IMG/VR virus record: IMGVR_UViG_3300019875_000003
Location: 1-44,162 of that record
Reading direction: 5' to 3' (one strand)
Origin: a virus
Lineage: Duplodnaviria > Caudoviricetes
Length of the DNA stretch: 44,162 bases
Below the pieces are notes generated by a model that saw nothing but the letters and a program-made list of their open reading frames with translations, did not search any database and was not told the origin of the DNA. A program made the translations under genes and the position numbers. Of the stretch, positions 7,445-15,625 are shown one piece after another (position 1 is the first letter of the stretch; every line of letters begins with the position of its first letter).

Positions 7445-7542
7445 GATAAAAGAATAAGGCTACGCAGCTTATACGTAGCCTTATCCCATTACTGAGGGCC
7501 TCCTGAATTGGCAGTCTTCTACTTCCTCCAGGGGTTTACCTC
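7445..7542 (-). ncRNA. Candidate small structured RNA
   Basis: Lies between promoter 7543-7567 and terminator 7454-7484; no credible ORF; nested stems GAGG/CCTC, CCTGGA/TTCAGG, GTAG/CTGC. Confidence 0.5.
7454..7484 (-). terminator. Intrinsic terminator
   Basis: Perfect 11-bp stem ATAAGGCTACG/CGTAGCCTTAT followed by TCTTTTATCTTT. Confidence 0.8.
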
Positions 7543-7787
7543 ATTATATGCCCTGTAATTTCTGCGAGGCCTCGTGACTCTAATTCTTCGATTCGTTTTA
7601 GATTATTCGCAGTCACTACTGTTTGAAACTGCGCACGTTCATAATGAGCTACTACTCCAGATGGCCAAAGAATCTCAATCCATTCTGTGCCATTGGCCAT
7701 AGTATAGACACAAATGACTTTTCCGAGCAATGATGTCTGTGGTTTTACTTGTACAAGGTCTCCGGGTTCAGGGCTTCTGTCGGTCAC
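7536..7787 (-). CDS. Hypothetical protein (SH3/KOW-like start)
   Basis: 83 aa; AAGGAGGA RBS; GTG start; PGDLVQVK. Confidence 0.7.
   Translation of the reverse strand: MTDRSPEPGDLVQVKPQTSLLGKVICVYTMANGTEWIEILWPSGVVAHYERAQFQTVVTANNLKRIEELESRGLAEITGHIMR
7543..7567 (-). promoter_or_regulatory. Phage promoter motif
   Basis: TCGCA-GAAATTACAGGGCA-TATAAT, then GAG. Confidence 0.75.
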
Positions 7788-7809
7788 AGTTCCTCCTTGG
7801 TAGATGGTT

Positions 7810-7945
7810 AAAACAAGATGGCATGCACGACCACCTTGTTCTCCGGGACTCAGACGTTACGATCCTGCCTTATCACTCTGCGATCTGTAGGTCTCGACAG
7901 CATTAAGAGTGACTTGGTGATGACTTTAACGTGGGTCCATCGGTC
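7810..7945 (-). ncRNA. Candidate rod-shaped ncRNA with a central bubble (6S-like architecture)
   Basis: Own promoter and terminator; nested stems CCG/CGG, GGAC/GTCC, ACGTTA/TAACGT, TCACTCT/AGAGTGA, CTGT/ACAG. Confidence 0.55.
7812..7840 (-). terminator. Intrinsic terminator
   Basis: AACAAGGTGG-N9-CCATCTTGTT (one G.U pair) ending in a T-run. Confidence 0.7.
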
Positions 7946-7970
7946 ATTATAGGATATGTTTGTATTGCGA
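7946..7970 (-). promoter_or_regulatory. Phage promoter motif
   Basis: TCGCA-ATACAAACATATCC-TATAAT, then GA. Confidence 0.75.
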
Positions 7971-7972
7971 AG

Positions 7973-8049
7973 TGAGGCAGCTGGGAATCGAACCCAGTTT
8001 CAATAACGTTGACGCTCGTCATTCACCCTTACCAATAGGTCACCACCCC
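7973..8049 (-). tRNA. tRNA-like element with an atypical anticodon arm (pseudo-tRNA; isotype undetermined)
   Basis: T-arm CTGGG-TTCGATT-CCCAG; D-arm ACCT-ATTGGTAA-GGGT; acceptor GGGGTGG/CTGCCTC; anticodon arm AATGACG-AGCGTCAA-CGTTATT; no encoded CCA. Confidence 0.65.
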
Positions 8050-8053
8050 GGGA

Positions 8054-8077
8054 AAGGGCAGACTTTCGCCCACCCTT
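8054..8077 (-). other. GNRA (GAAA) tetraloop hairpin just 5' of the tRNA-like element
   Basis: AAGGGTGGGC-GAAA-GTCTGCCCTT; G.U pairs form only on the minus strand. Confidence 0.6.
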
Positions 8078-8083
8078 AGCCAA

Positions 8084-8293
8084 TTAAATGATATATTGAG
8101 CGAGACAATATCCTAGTGTAAAAACCCCGATAGGAACACTAAGAAACATTATAATTAAGAAAGGACATCCCTTCCTTGGCGGGCCTCCAAGATTTCGACC
8201 TCTCTTGGAGTTGTCTTTGTTACCAAGAGACTTGCCACTAACTCCTTTAGGAACCTTTCCCATAACACTCTCCCATCCGTCTATTGGTTCCAT
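8084..8293 (-). CDS. Membrane protein
   Basis: 69 aa; C-terminal hydrophobic helix; AAGGA RBS. Confidence 0.7.
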   Translation of the reverse strand: MEPIDGWESVMGKVPKGVSGKSLGNKDNSKRGRNLGGPPRKGCPFLIIMFLSVPIGVFTLGYCLAQYII

Positions 8294-8305
8294 AGAAGTC
8301 CTTAA

Positions 8306-8635
8306 CTAAGGTTGCTTCATAAAGATGCGCTCAAGCAACTCTACGGCCTTAGGATCACTCTGATCTTCCTGAGCCTGCACAAAAGCCCTGGCGAAAGCCT
8401 TTGGCGTGTAACACTTAAGACCAACCTGGGTCTTGAGAACGTGGTCCCCTACGAAGGCCTGAGTCTGACGGACACGGAGAGGTCGAATAGTGGCGACCTT
8501 GATGTAAGGAATGCCATTAACTTCGCTCATTGTCCCTTCGCACCACTTGGCTACTTCAGCCATATTCTCAGAAGTGACCTCTACGCCCACCACATACAAG
8601 GGGACGTGCATAAAGCGCCTGACAATGAGTGCCAT
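8306..8635 (-). CDS. Hypothetical protein
   Basis: Start refined to MALIVRRF with AGAGGAG RBS; VAKWC..., GDHVLK pattern. Confidence 0.75.
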   Translation of the reverse strand: MALIVRRFMHVPLYVVGVEVTSENMAEVAKWCEGTMSEVNGIPYIKVATIRPLRVRQTQAFVGDHVLKTQVGLKCYTPKAFARAFVQAQEDQSDPKAVELLERIFMKQP

Positions 8636-8645
8636 AACTCCTCTT

Positions 8646-8852
8646 TCAGTAATTTTGACGGTGCTGGTTGTGCCATTCTTCAAATCGAATTTGCCATTGC
8701 TTTGCTTCAATGTCTGTTAGCAATGGGCCGTAATTGTATGTGCCTCGGCAAATAATGCATTTAGGATCGGGAGGCGAGGAGTTGCATAGAGGGCAAAAAC
8801 CCCAAAGCATATGCCACATTCGAAGAGGGTGATATAGCCAGATGAGTTTCAT
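8646..8852 (-). CDS. Small zinc-finger-like protein
   Basis: CPLC...CIIC; ATGA overlap with the upstream gene. Confidence 0.65.
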   Translation of the reverse strand: MKLIWLYHPLRMWHMLWGFCPLCNSSPPDPKCIICRGTYNYGPLLTDIEAKQWQIRFEEWHNQHRQNY

Positions 8853-9001
8853 TGCTTATTCCATTTGTTAAGCATATCGTGCCATTCAGCATGTTGGTCC
8901 ATTAGTTCCCTGATGATTTTTCCGGCCCTAATAGAGGCAATGATGAATCCTAGAATAAAGCTCAAGATTACGCTGAAGGGTATCCATGACCAATTGACCA
9001 T
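8849..9001 (-). CDS. Small membrane protein
   Basis: Start refined to MVNWSWIPF; single TM segment. Confidence 0.65.
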   Translation of the reverse strand: MVNWSWIPFSVILSFILGFIIASIRAGKIIRELMDQHAEWHDMLNKWNKQ

Positions 9002-9002
9002 A

Positions 9003-9101
9003 TTATTTAGCATCCTTATTTTGCTTGTCGAATTTTCCCATTGCAAATCCTACAATAATTCCAGAAAAAGCAATGAAAGCACCGACGAGAATTTGGACCA
9101 T
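9003..9101 (-). CDS. Small membrane peptide (32 aa)
   Basis: MVQILVGAFIAFSGIIVGFAMGKFDKQNKDAK; fills the gap between SSB and the next gene exactly. Confidence 0.6.
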   Translation of the reverse strand: MVQILVGAFIAFSGIIVGFAMGKFDKQNKDAK

Positions 9102-9102
9102 A

Positions 9103-9639
9103 TTAAAATGCCTCAATCTCTAGTGGGTCTCGACCAACAATTTCACCTAGGACTTCTCCATCGATATAGTCCGAAGACCCGATTTCAGGCACAGCCGAAT
9201 ATTTCTGCTCAAGATAGTCTTCGTTGATGGTAACGAACATGGATTTGAGATAGGCTTTTACTCCACCTCGCCCATTAACTTCCCAGTTATAAGGACGAAT
9301 GATTAGATCGACAACTCGACAATCGGCCCAATCCAAGAGCTCTACAGCATCTTCAGGTATATCGGTCCGACCCCTTGAGGTAATCATGACGATCTTAGGG
9401 GGTCTTCCCTTAAACGAGACACTTACCTGAATATAAGGCTGATCGGGGTCTCCAGGCTCACGAGACTTCAGAGCCTTGACATTCCAACCATCTTCAAGCA
9501 TTTGAGTGGCAGTATCTTCAGGGAGAAGCACGCAGAAGTTTCGATCTCCTTCGCGATTATAAGGGCCCTCTTTTCCAGCGAAGTTTCGGAATACAATGCG
9601 AGCATTCTCAAACAGAGCTGTGCCTTCAACTCGAACCAT
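9103..9639 (-). CDS. Single-stranded DNA-binding protein
   Basis: RIVFRNFAG...RNFCV, PYNWEVNGRGGVKAYL, acidic C-terminal tail; in the replication module. Confidence 0.7.
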   Translation of the reverse strand: MVRVEGTALFENARIVFRNFAGKEGPYNREGDRNFCVLLPEDTATQMLEDGWNVKALKSREPGDPDQPYIQVSVSFKGRPPKIVMITSRGRTDIPEDAVELLDWADCRVVDLIIRPYNWEVNGRGGVKAYLKSMFVTINEDYLEQKYSAVPEIGSSDYIDGEVLGEIVGRDPLEIEAF

Positions 9640-9809
9640 TATTTGTCCTTATTTGTGCTCGAAGGATCTGAATAAGCAGGAGACATCGTACGAAAGACAG
9701 TCACGAAGTTGTCATTAATAGCATTAAGAACCAAATGCAAACGCTTAACATTTGCGTTAAGATCCTTAACGGCATTTGTTAGATTAGTGATACTTGCATT
9801 ATCGGCCAT
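9639..9809 (-). CDS. Small coiled-coil protein
   Basis: MADNASITNLTNAVKDLNANVKRL heptads; TAATG overlap with SSB. Confidence 0.6.
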   Translation of the reverse strand: MADNASITNLTNAVKDLNANVKRLHLVLNAINDNFVTVFRTMSPAYSDPSSTNKDK

Positions 9810-10119
9810 TTTCATTCCTATAAATTTGTTCATTCAAATCAAGTGGAAGTAGGATTTTTGGAGGAGTTGATCTCCGAAAAGGATCTGGGCCTTCATTAAA
9901 ACCCAAACTAAATTGTCCCTCTGAAGGACGTAAATGAAGTAAATCCATAACTTCCTCAGAGATGTCTTCACCTATCGAAGCTGTTACTACGGAACCTTTC
10001 ACAGTAGCAGTTCCAATAACATGCCTCTCGTTTCCCACATAAAGAACTAAAGGAACTTCTACATGAGTCTCAGCATCAGATTCTGTTAGGATCAATCGAT
10101 CTTCATCGTCAAGACTCAT
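9799..10119 (-). CDS. Hypothetical protein
   Basis: 106 aa; ATGA overlap. Confidence 0.7.
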   Translation of the reverse strand: MSLDDEDRLILTESDAETHVEVPLVLYVGNERHVIGTATVKGSVVTASIGEDISEEVMDLLHLRPSEGQFSLGFNEGPDPFRRSTPPKILLPLDLNEQIYRNENGR

Positions 10120-10310
10120 GCCGATACCGCTTTTCGATATTTTACTCCTAGCACAATACCTTCAACAAGATTTACTTGAGCTAGTGCCTCTAAAGTATTA
10201 AGAGTCTCCATAAAATCCATAGTAATCAAGACTTTATGATTTTCAATCCGAGCATAACCTACTATGTTATCAGGATCTGAATCAAGAAATACAGGAACAT
10301 TATTAATCAT
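10116..10310 (-). CDS. Hypothetical protein
   Basis: 64 aa; tightly packed in the operon. Confidence 0.65.
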   Translation of the reverse strand: MINNVPVFLDSDPDNIVGYARIENHKVLITMDFMETLNTLEALAQVNLVEGIVLGVKYRKAVSA

Positions 10311-10431
10311 TATGTCTCACTCTAGTCCGATTATACTGGATGAACTCGAAGATTTCTCGATTCGATGGGTCTCTATTAAATAGTCTACGTAGCGTATAGA
10401 AAATCTCCAATAACGCAGTATCTCGAGCCAT
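10303..10431 (-). CDS. Small hypothetical protein (42 aa)
   Basis: MARDTALLEIFYTLRRLFNRDPSNREIFEFIQ...; AGGAG RBS. Confidence 0.6.
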   Translation of the reverse strand: MARDTALLEIFYTLRRLFNRDPSNREIFEFIQYNRTRVRHND

Positions 10432-10439
10432 GATTACTC

Positions 10440-10619
10440 CTATGATTTATGGAATTTTTCCTCATGGGCCTCAATTAGATCAATAACAGTTTTAAAAGCC
10501 ATTGCTCCTGGCCGTTTTTCAGTCCATTCAGTTACTAAAGTATTTGAAAGATGGCAATTCTTGTGATGAATTTGAATCTTCCCAAGAATGTGTACAATTA
10601 AGTAATCATTTAGATCCAT
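10440..10619 (-). CDS. Small hypothetical protein (59 aa)
   Basis: MDLNDYLIVHILGKIQIHHKNCH...; AGGAG RBS. Confidence 0.6.
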   Translation of the reverse strand: MDLNDYLIVHILGKIQIHHKNCHLSNTLVTEWTEKRPGAMAFKTVIDLIEAHEEKFHKS

Positions 10620-10627
10620 TTAAGCTC

Positions 10628-13600
10628 CTATCTAACAAATGTTGCGAATGGCCCCCAATAATCAATGGCTTTCATTGATTCATCCGAAAGACGCTCGAAA
10701 TATGTCATGTCGATAGCATCTGCAGAAAGATTTTTTGCGTGCTCAGCCTCCAACCACAAATATCCCTTAGTACCCGTTACGGCATAATTCTTTCCGTCCT
10801 TGACCCGATACAGGATTCCACCACCATATCCAGGCTTTACAGGGACAAATCGGCCAGTCCTTCCAACGAAATGCATGTCCTGGACCGCAAGAGCCATAGG
10901 TTCCTCAAGGCCAAAGTTCAGATACATTGCACCTTGGACTACTGACTTAGTTTCGCAGTAATCATCGAAGGTGAGCTCATGCTTGGTAAATAATGTCTTA
11001 AATACATAGGGATGTTGGAATTGCGCACCCACTGCAGTCCAATGTGGAATAAGGCATTCATCAACTCGAGCGATATATACGGCATCGTTCACAAGACAGA
11101 ACTGATCGTAAGTAACCTCATGCTCAAAAGTATAGCCGTACTTTGATCCGAATTCCCTGATAAATGAAATAATCTCAGGCGTCGCATCCGGAATCTTGAT
11201 TGAGTCGGTCTTAATATGAATTACCGAGAATCCCCGATCTTGAACCGCATGCTTCAGATCGATCATGAACAAAGCACCACGCTTCGCCACGATATTGTCC
11301 TTGTTCCGACTGTCCCGGAAAGGATTGTCGAACTTCGCTGACGTCAAACCATAAACAATATTGATTACGATTTTCAGAGCATAAGACAGCGCATCTGCTC
11401 CTTGAGGGTCTGCGAGGTAAGGAGCCAATTTCCCACCGAGCATTTTTTTGGCTGATGTTATGTCCTTTCGTTTGATTGCTAGGCGTGCTGCTGTCAGCGC
11501 ATCGAAGTTACTCGTGTATTCTCCGAATAGGTTAAGCAATTTGATAGAGGTGGGGTGCATGGAGGCGACATCCAATACAGCGACATTGCTATACATGCCC
11601 GGTTCCGCATACACGTATCCGCCTTCTCCGACGGTTTCTCCTCGATATTTGCTAACTCCTCGCTCGTAGACATACCCTGGAAACTCCTTAGAGAGATCCG
11701 TGTAAATGAAATTCCTTTGAGGATTTCGATCTCTATTGAATACAATCGCCGCAGTATGTTTCTGAGTAGTGTCGTTAACTGTCAGACCACTAAGATCTGA
11801 TAGAATTTGTCGGGCTACAAAATCCTGTTCTCTAGATTCAAAGACAAGTTCTTCAGAAATAACATCGTTGCAGCAATACTCAACGACTTTTGGCCAATTT
11901 TTTTCATCTACTGGTTGGTCCCAAGGAAAATCCAATTCCATGTGACGAATACTGAGATCAATCTGGAACTTCTTAAGACTCTGCTTCTTTGAACTGAAAT
12001 CATAAATGTCAGTATATGATAGGTTATAGGCCTCTCCAAACATGGCGCCTACATTGCCATCGGTGATCTTCATGGAGAGCTTGTAAAGTTGCTCATTGTC
12101 ATAACCCATAAATCTTGCCCACAGGATATGATTGTCATAACGACGATTGTTGAAGCCTACGAGCTTTAGTTTAAATAGACCCTCTACCTCTTGCGGTGTT
12201 GGATTAATCATTGGGACAACATTGGAGTCGCCTTGGAATTTCCAACAAATCACAAATAGATTGGGATAGACCTCTACGTCATAAAATGCTAGACGTTCGT
12301 CCTGAGTCGGCTCTTTAGTATACGGAGGATCGAAAGGTACAGTCTCATCTTCCGACTTGAATCGCATCTTCTGGACGATCTTCAAACTCTCCAGGGGCTG
12401 ATGTGAACTGTTATTAGCAAACGCCATAATTCTAGGCCGCATGTCAGTTACATCATAAGTCATTCCTGAAGCGTATGCTTCCTCAAGAATATGTCTAATA
12501 AAATCGATGGATGGCTTAGTTCCTGGATGGATTTCCTTATTCAAGTTACGAGTGATCAGATGTCTAAGCCCCCTCTCACTTTGGATCGTAGTTGCTTGAA
12601 GCACCTTCTTCTCCTTAAGAGGGAGGCCGCCATCTATTGACGAAATGGGCACGTTATTGCATTTGGACAACCGTCGTCGAAGAGACGAATCCCCGACGAA
12701 CACTTTGACTTCAATTCCATCGTCATATGCTCTAGCCAAATCGTGCACGTCCGCTGTGAAGTAATAATGTAAGTGCACTCCGGACCCGGATCGACTGAGT
12801 TCTGCATAGGTAGGTGGCCATTCGCTAGCAGCTGCGAGATTAAGCTCGAGTGACTTTGCTCCATCCCCACCCCGTATATCAAAGTCAATCACGATATGAT
12901 TCTCTGGAACCTTTACAAAATGGACTTTTGATGTGTCAATTTCAGCGAGAGTGGTCTTGACTACTGCCCATCGCGAGCTGGGGGTTCCATCGTCCTTAGC
13001 TTCCTGAGCTGGCTGATCACCAAGTTCCAAGTCCAATAATGATATATTCTCGTCAAGAACCAAGCTAAAGATATCCCTAGCAGGAGGAACGGGACTCTTA
13101 AAATGTTCAACAGTGAAATCAGAGTAATAACTGCGAATAAAGACCCCGCCAATATTAGCTCGATCTTGGAACGTCGCAAAATAATTTCGCAATTCCTCTC
13201 GAACCTTGTACTGGGGGAGGATGAATTCGATTCCGGTGTCATTGCAATACTCCTTGTAAAGGGCGTATGCTTGTCTTAGAGAAATCCCGTCCTGAGATTT
13301 GAATATATCGTAGTTAGCCTCAACGAAATTAAAGAATACATCTGTCTGAAACATCATCTCAAGGGGGCGATAACCGTTATAATAATTCTTCCCCATAGAC
13401 CGATAGACTTCTAAACAGTGATGCGCAATAGCTCCCAGCTCGAAATCAATTCTAGACATTAAAGTATTGTAGTGATTTACTGGGAATATTTTTCCAGTAG
13501 GATTTACATCAATAAGCCTACGAATGATTCCACTTTTAGCGTCAGAGATACGAACTGGTTTATTAGTACCCATGAAAAGAAATGCGTTAATTCTTGAAGT

Positions 13601-14386
13601 ATAACTAGGTTTGTATTTCTCATTCATGGTCATATCTTCATGCGAGATAATTGAATTCAGTTTGGTGTTATCTTCAATCTTACTGAGGTCGCCATCGTGT
13701 TGGATTGCAACCAACGGGTTGCTGCGAAATACCTCAGTAGCGAAGGTGTTGTTATTACCTGCAAGCGCCTTCGCTTCGAAAGATACATAGTAACCGTCGA
13801 AGAGTCGCTGTATAATATTGAGAATGGTAGATTTCCCGGTGCCGGCCGCACCGTAAAAGACCAAGAACTTCTGGATTTTCTTGGCATCGCCTGACAGTAC
13901 AGCACCAATAGCCCACTCGAACTTCGCACGCTCCTCTTCAGAGTAAAGCGTCCCCGTGAGTTCATCCCAAGCACTATGATCTCCTGCTTGTAGAGGATAT
14001 GATAAGTGACGACTAACGTAGTCTGTTTTTTTAGTTTCCGTATTACTAAACGTTAGCGTCTCATCAAGCTGATGAGAATTATCGCTTACGTTTTGCATGA
14101 ACCTTCGGAACTGAGACCAGCGATTATTATCAAACGAATGGAGGTACTTAACGGTAACGTCAGAACCGCCAGAAATAAGCTCATCTGCACGGACTTTTAG
14201 GGCTGCATCTACGAGGCGTTGGACATCATACTCATCTGTAGACCACAAATTACGATCTTCGTCCCAGATAGCGTAGAATGATTTGCCTCGAATCATCAGA
14301 TCTTTTGATCTGCCAACTGTGAAGTCAGGATACAACTCGACCTTACCTTTGACTTCTTTCGTAGTGATCTGAAAGAAATCCATCAA
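10628..14386 (-). CDS. SF3 helicase - AEP primase - family B DNA polymerase fusion
   Basis: GAAGTGKST Walker A and MGTN; VIDFD and SRSGSGVHLHY (AEP); FYDVEV, GFNNRRYD, YCCND (3'-5' exonuclease); DVASMHP, KIVINIVYG, KTDS (PolB). Confidence 0.85.
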   Translation of the reverse strand: MMDFFQITTKEVKGKVELYPDFTVGRSKDLMIRGKSFYAIWDEDRNLWSTDEYDVQRLVDAALKVRADELISGGSDVTVKYLHSFDNNRWSQFRRFMQNVSDNSHQLDETLTFSNTETKKTDYVSRHLSYPLQAGDHSAWDELTGTLYSEEERAKFEWAIGAVLSGDAKKIQKFLVFYGAAGTGKSTILNIIQRLFDGYYVSFEAKALAGNNNTFATEVFRSNPLVAIQHDGDLSKIEDNTKLNSIISHEDMTMNEKYKPSYTSRINAFLFMGTNKPVRISDAKSGIIRRLIDVNPTGKIFPVNHYNTLMSRIDFELGAIAHHCLEVYRSMGKNYYNGYRPLEMMFQTDVFFNFVEANYDIFKSQDGISLRQAYALYKEYCNDTGIEFILPQYKVREELRNYFATFQDRANIGGVFIRSYYSDFTVEHFKSPVPPARDIFSLVLDENISLLDLELGDQPAQEAKDDGTPSSRWAVVKTTLAEIDTSKVHFVKVPENHIVIDFDIRGGDGAKSLELNLAAASEWPPTYAELSRSGSGVHLHYYFTADVHDLARAYDDGIEVKVFVGDSSLRRRLSKCNNVPISSIDGGLPLKEKKVLQATTIQSERGLRHLITRNLNKEIHPGTKPSIDFIRHILEEAYASGMTYDVTDMRPRIMAFANNSSHQPLESLKIVQKMRFKSEDETVPFDPPYTKEPTQDERLAFYDVEVYPNLFVICWKFQGDSNVVPMINPTPQEVEGLFKLKLVGFNNRRYDNHILWARFMGYDNEQLYKLSMKITDGNVGAMFGEAYNLSYTDIYDFSSKKQSLKKFQIDLSIRHMELDFPWDQPVDEKNWPKVVEYCCNDVISEELVFESREQDFVARQILSDLSGLTVNDTTQKHTAAIVFNRDRNPQRNFIYTDLSKEFPGYVYERGVSKYRGETVGEGGYVYAEPGMYSNVAVLDVASMHPTSIKLLNLFGEYTSNFDALTAARLAIKRKDITSAKKMLGGKLAPYLADPQGADALSYALKIVINIVYGLTSAKFDNPFRDSRNKDNIVAKRGALFMIDLKHAVQDRGFSVIHIKTDSIKIPDATPEIISFIREFGSKYGYTFEHEVTYDQFCLVNDAVYIARVDECLIPHWTAVGAQFQHPYVFKTLFTKHELTFDDYCETKSVVQGAMYLNFGLEEPMALAVQDMHFVGRTGRFVPVKPGYGGGILYRVKDGKNYAVTGTKGYLWLEAEHAKNLSADAIDMTYFERLSDESMKAIDYWGPFATFVR

Positions 14387-14399
14387 CCCTCCTTTCGCC

Positions 14400-14927
14400 T
14401 TAATTTAACTCAAGTATATAAGCACTTAACTGGTACCAGATTTCTATCCCACGTTGGTCTTGCTCCGAATTTCTAAGAGGAAATAGACCACCTTCTCCGT
14501 CGGGATTATAGGTTCTCCATATAACACGATCGAGTATTCCATCTATGTGTTCTTTTGAATATGTGCTCCTATCATTATAATATCTTAGACCTAGATTTTC
14601 CATAAGATGCCAGAACCAATCCCGGGACTCGCCCTCACATTCGAAGGAAAGTCTCCGGGATAGCCCCACCAGCAACTCAAGCATGGAACATCCGAGTTTA
14701 AGCCAGTTTTGATCTATATCAGTTAAGTTTGAATGCGCGACGAACTCGAGTCTCAAGTCCTTACCGTCTTCGATTCGATTATCATCATTAGGGACAATCC
14801 AAACAAACTCCTTGGTGAAGAGTTGCTTTAAGATTTTCCAATAGGTTCGGGATGGACTTTTAAGTTCGGGATCGCCGACTTGACTATAGAGCCATATGAA
14901 ATACAGCTCATCAAGCGGCTCAGTCAT
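14400..14927 (-). CDS. Conserved phage hypothetical protein
   Basis: 175 aa; NDDNRIEDG, CSMLELL, GEGGLFP, EIWYQ. Confidence 0.8.
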   Translation of the reverse strand: MTEPLDELYFIWLYSQVGDPELKSPSRTYWKILKQLFTKEFVWIVPNDDNRIEDGKDLRLEFVAHSNLTDIDQNWLKLGCSMLELLVGLSRRLSFECEGESRDWFWHLMENLGLRYYNDRSTYSKEHIDGILDRVIWRTYNPDGEGGLFPLRNSEQDQRGIEIWYQLSAYILELN

Positions 14928-14929
14928 TT

Positions 14930-15616
14930 CTACTCCCGACGCATCTTCCTTGGCGGCAGAGTCTTCTTCTCAGGAATAACACCATGCACGACTTCGCCGT
15001 ATGAGCGCTCATCACGAGAAATTTCAAAGTCTGTTTGAGTAATATCGTTTCGTACGTAGATCATCTTCGGATCTTTGGAACGATAGCCGAATTGATCAAG
15101 ATTTGTTTCTCCGACCAATGTGTCAGTATCTTCAACTGAATTGTCTGCGTCGTCAACCAAAGTATCGTCTTCTACGAAATAGGTAAGAGAAACCTGGCTA
15201 TAGTTGAGATCTCCAGCCATAAATTCATCAACACTGATAATATATGGCTTGCTACTATCTCGATGAGCATCCTCCTCGGTATGATCCTCATCTTCTCCAT
15301 CATTAATACCATCCAAGAAAATGTTCTGCTTGATTACACCTGAATTGGTGTTCTTAGAAAGATCATAACGAAGACCAGTGACAATACGATCCAGATCTTG
15401 GGTTGTGGTCTCAATACCAACTTCAGAATTAATTGTTCGATTCATTTCACGCTTAGTTACCTCGTTAAGATGCGCTTTGGTCTCGGCAATCTCTCGATTC
15501 AAGGCCTCCTCAAAGATTTCCTCGTAATGACGCAAAGCTAACATACGTCCCACAAATAGACCAATGCCGGCCCCAACCAGAGCTCCACCAATAGTACTAA
15601 GGACTAGTTTCTTCAT
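14930..15616 (-). CDS. Membrane-anchored acidic protein
   Basis: N-terminal GxxxG TM, coiled coil, PYIISVDEF, IYVRN. Confidence 0.8.
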   Translation of the reverse strand: MKKLVLSTIGGALVGAGIGLFVGRMLALRHYEEIFEEALNREIAETKAHLNEVTKREMNRTINSEVGIETTTQDLDRIVTGLRYDLSKNTNSGVIKQNIFLDGINDGEDEDHTEEDAHRDSSKPYIISVDEFMAGDLNYSQVSLTYFVEDDTLVDDADNSVEDTDTLVGETNLDQFGYRSKDPKMIYVRNDITQTDFEISRDERSYGEVVHGVIPEKKTLPPRKMRRE

Positions 15617-15625
15617 GACGGTTCC

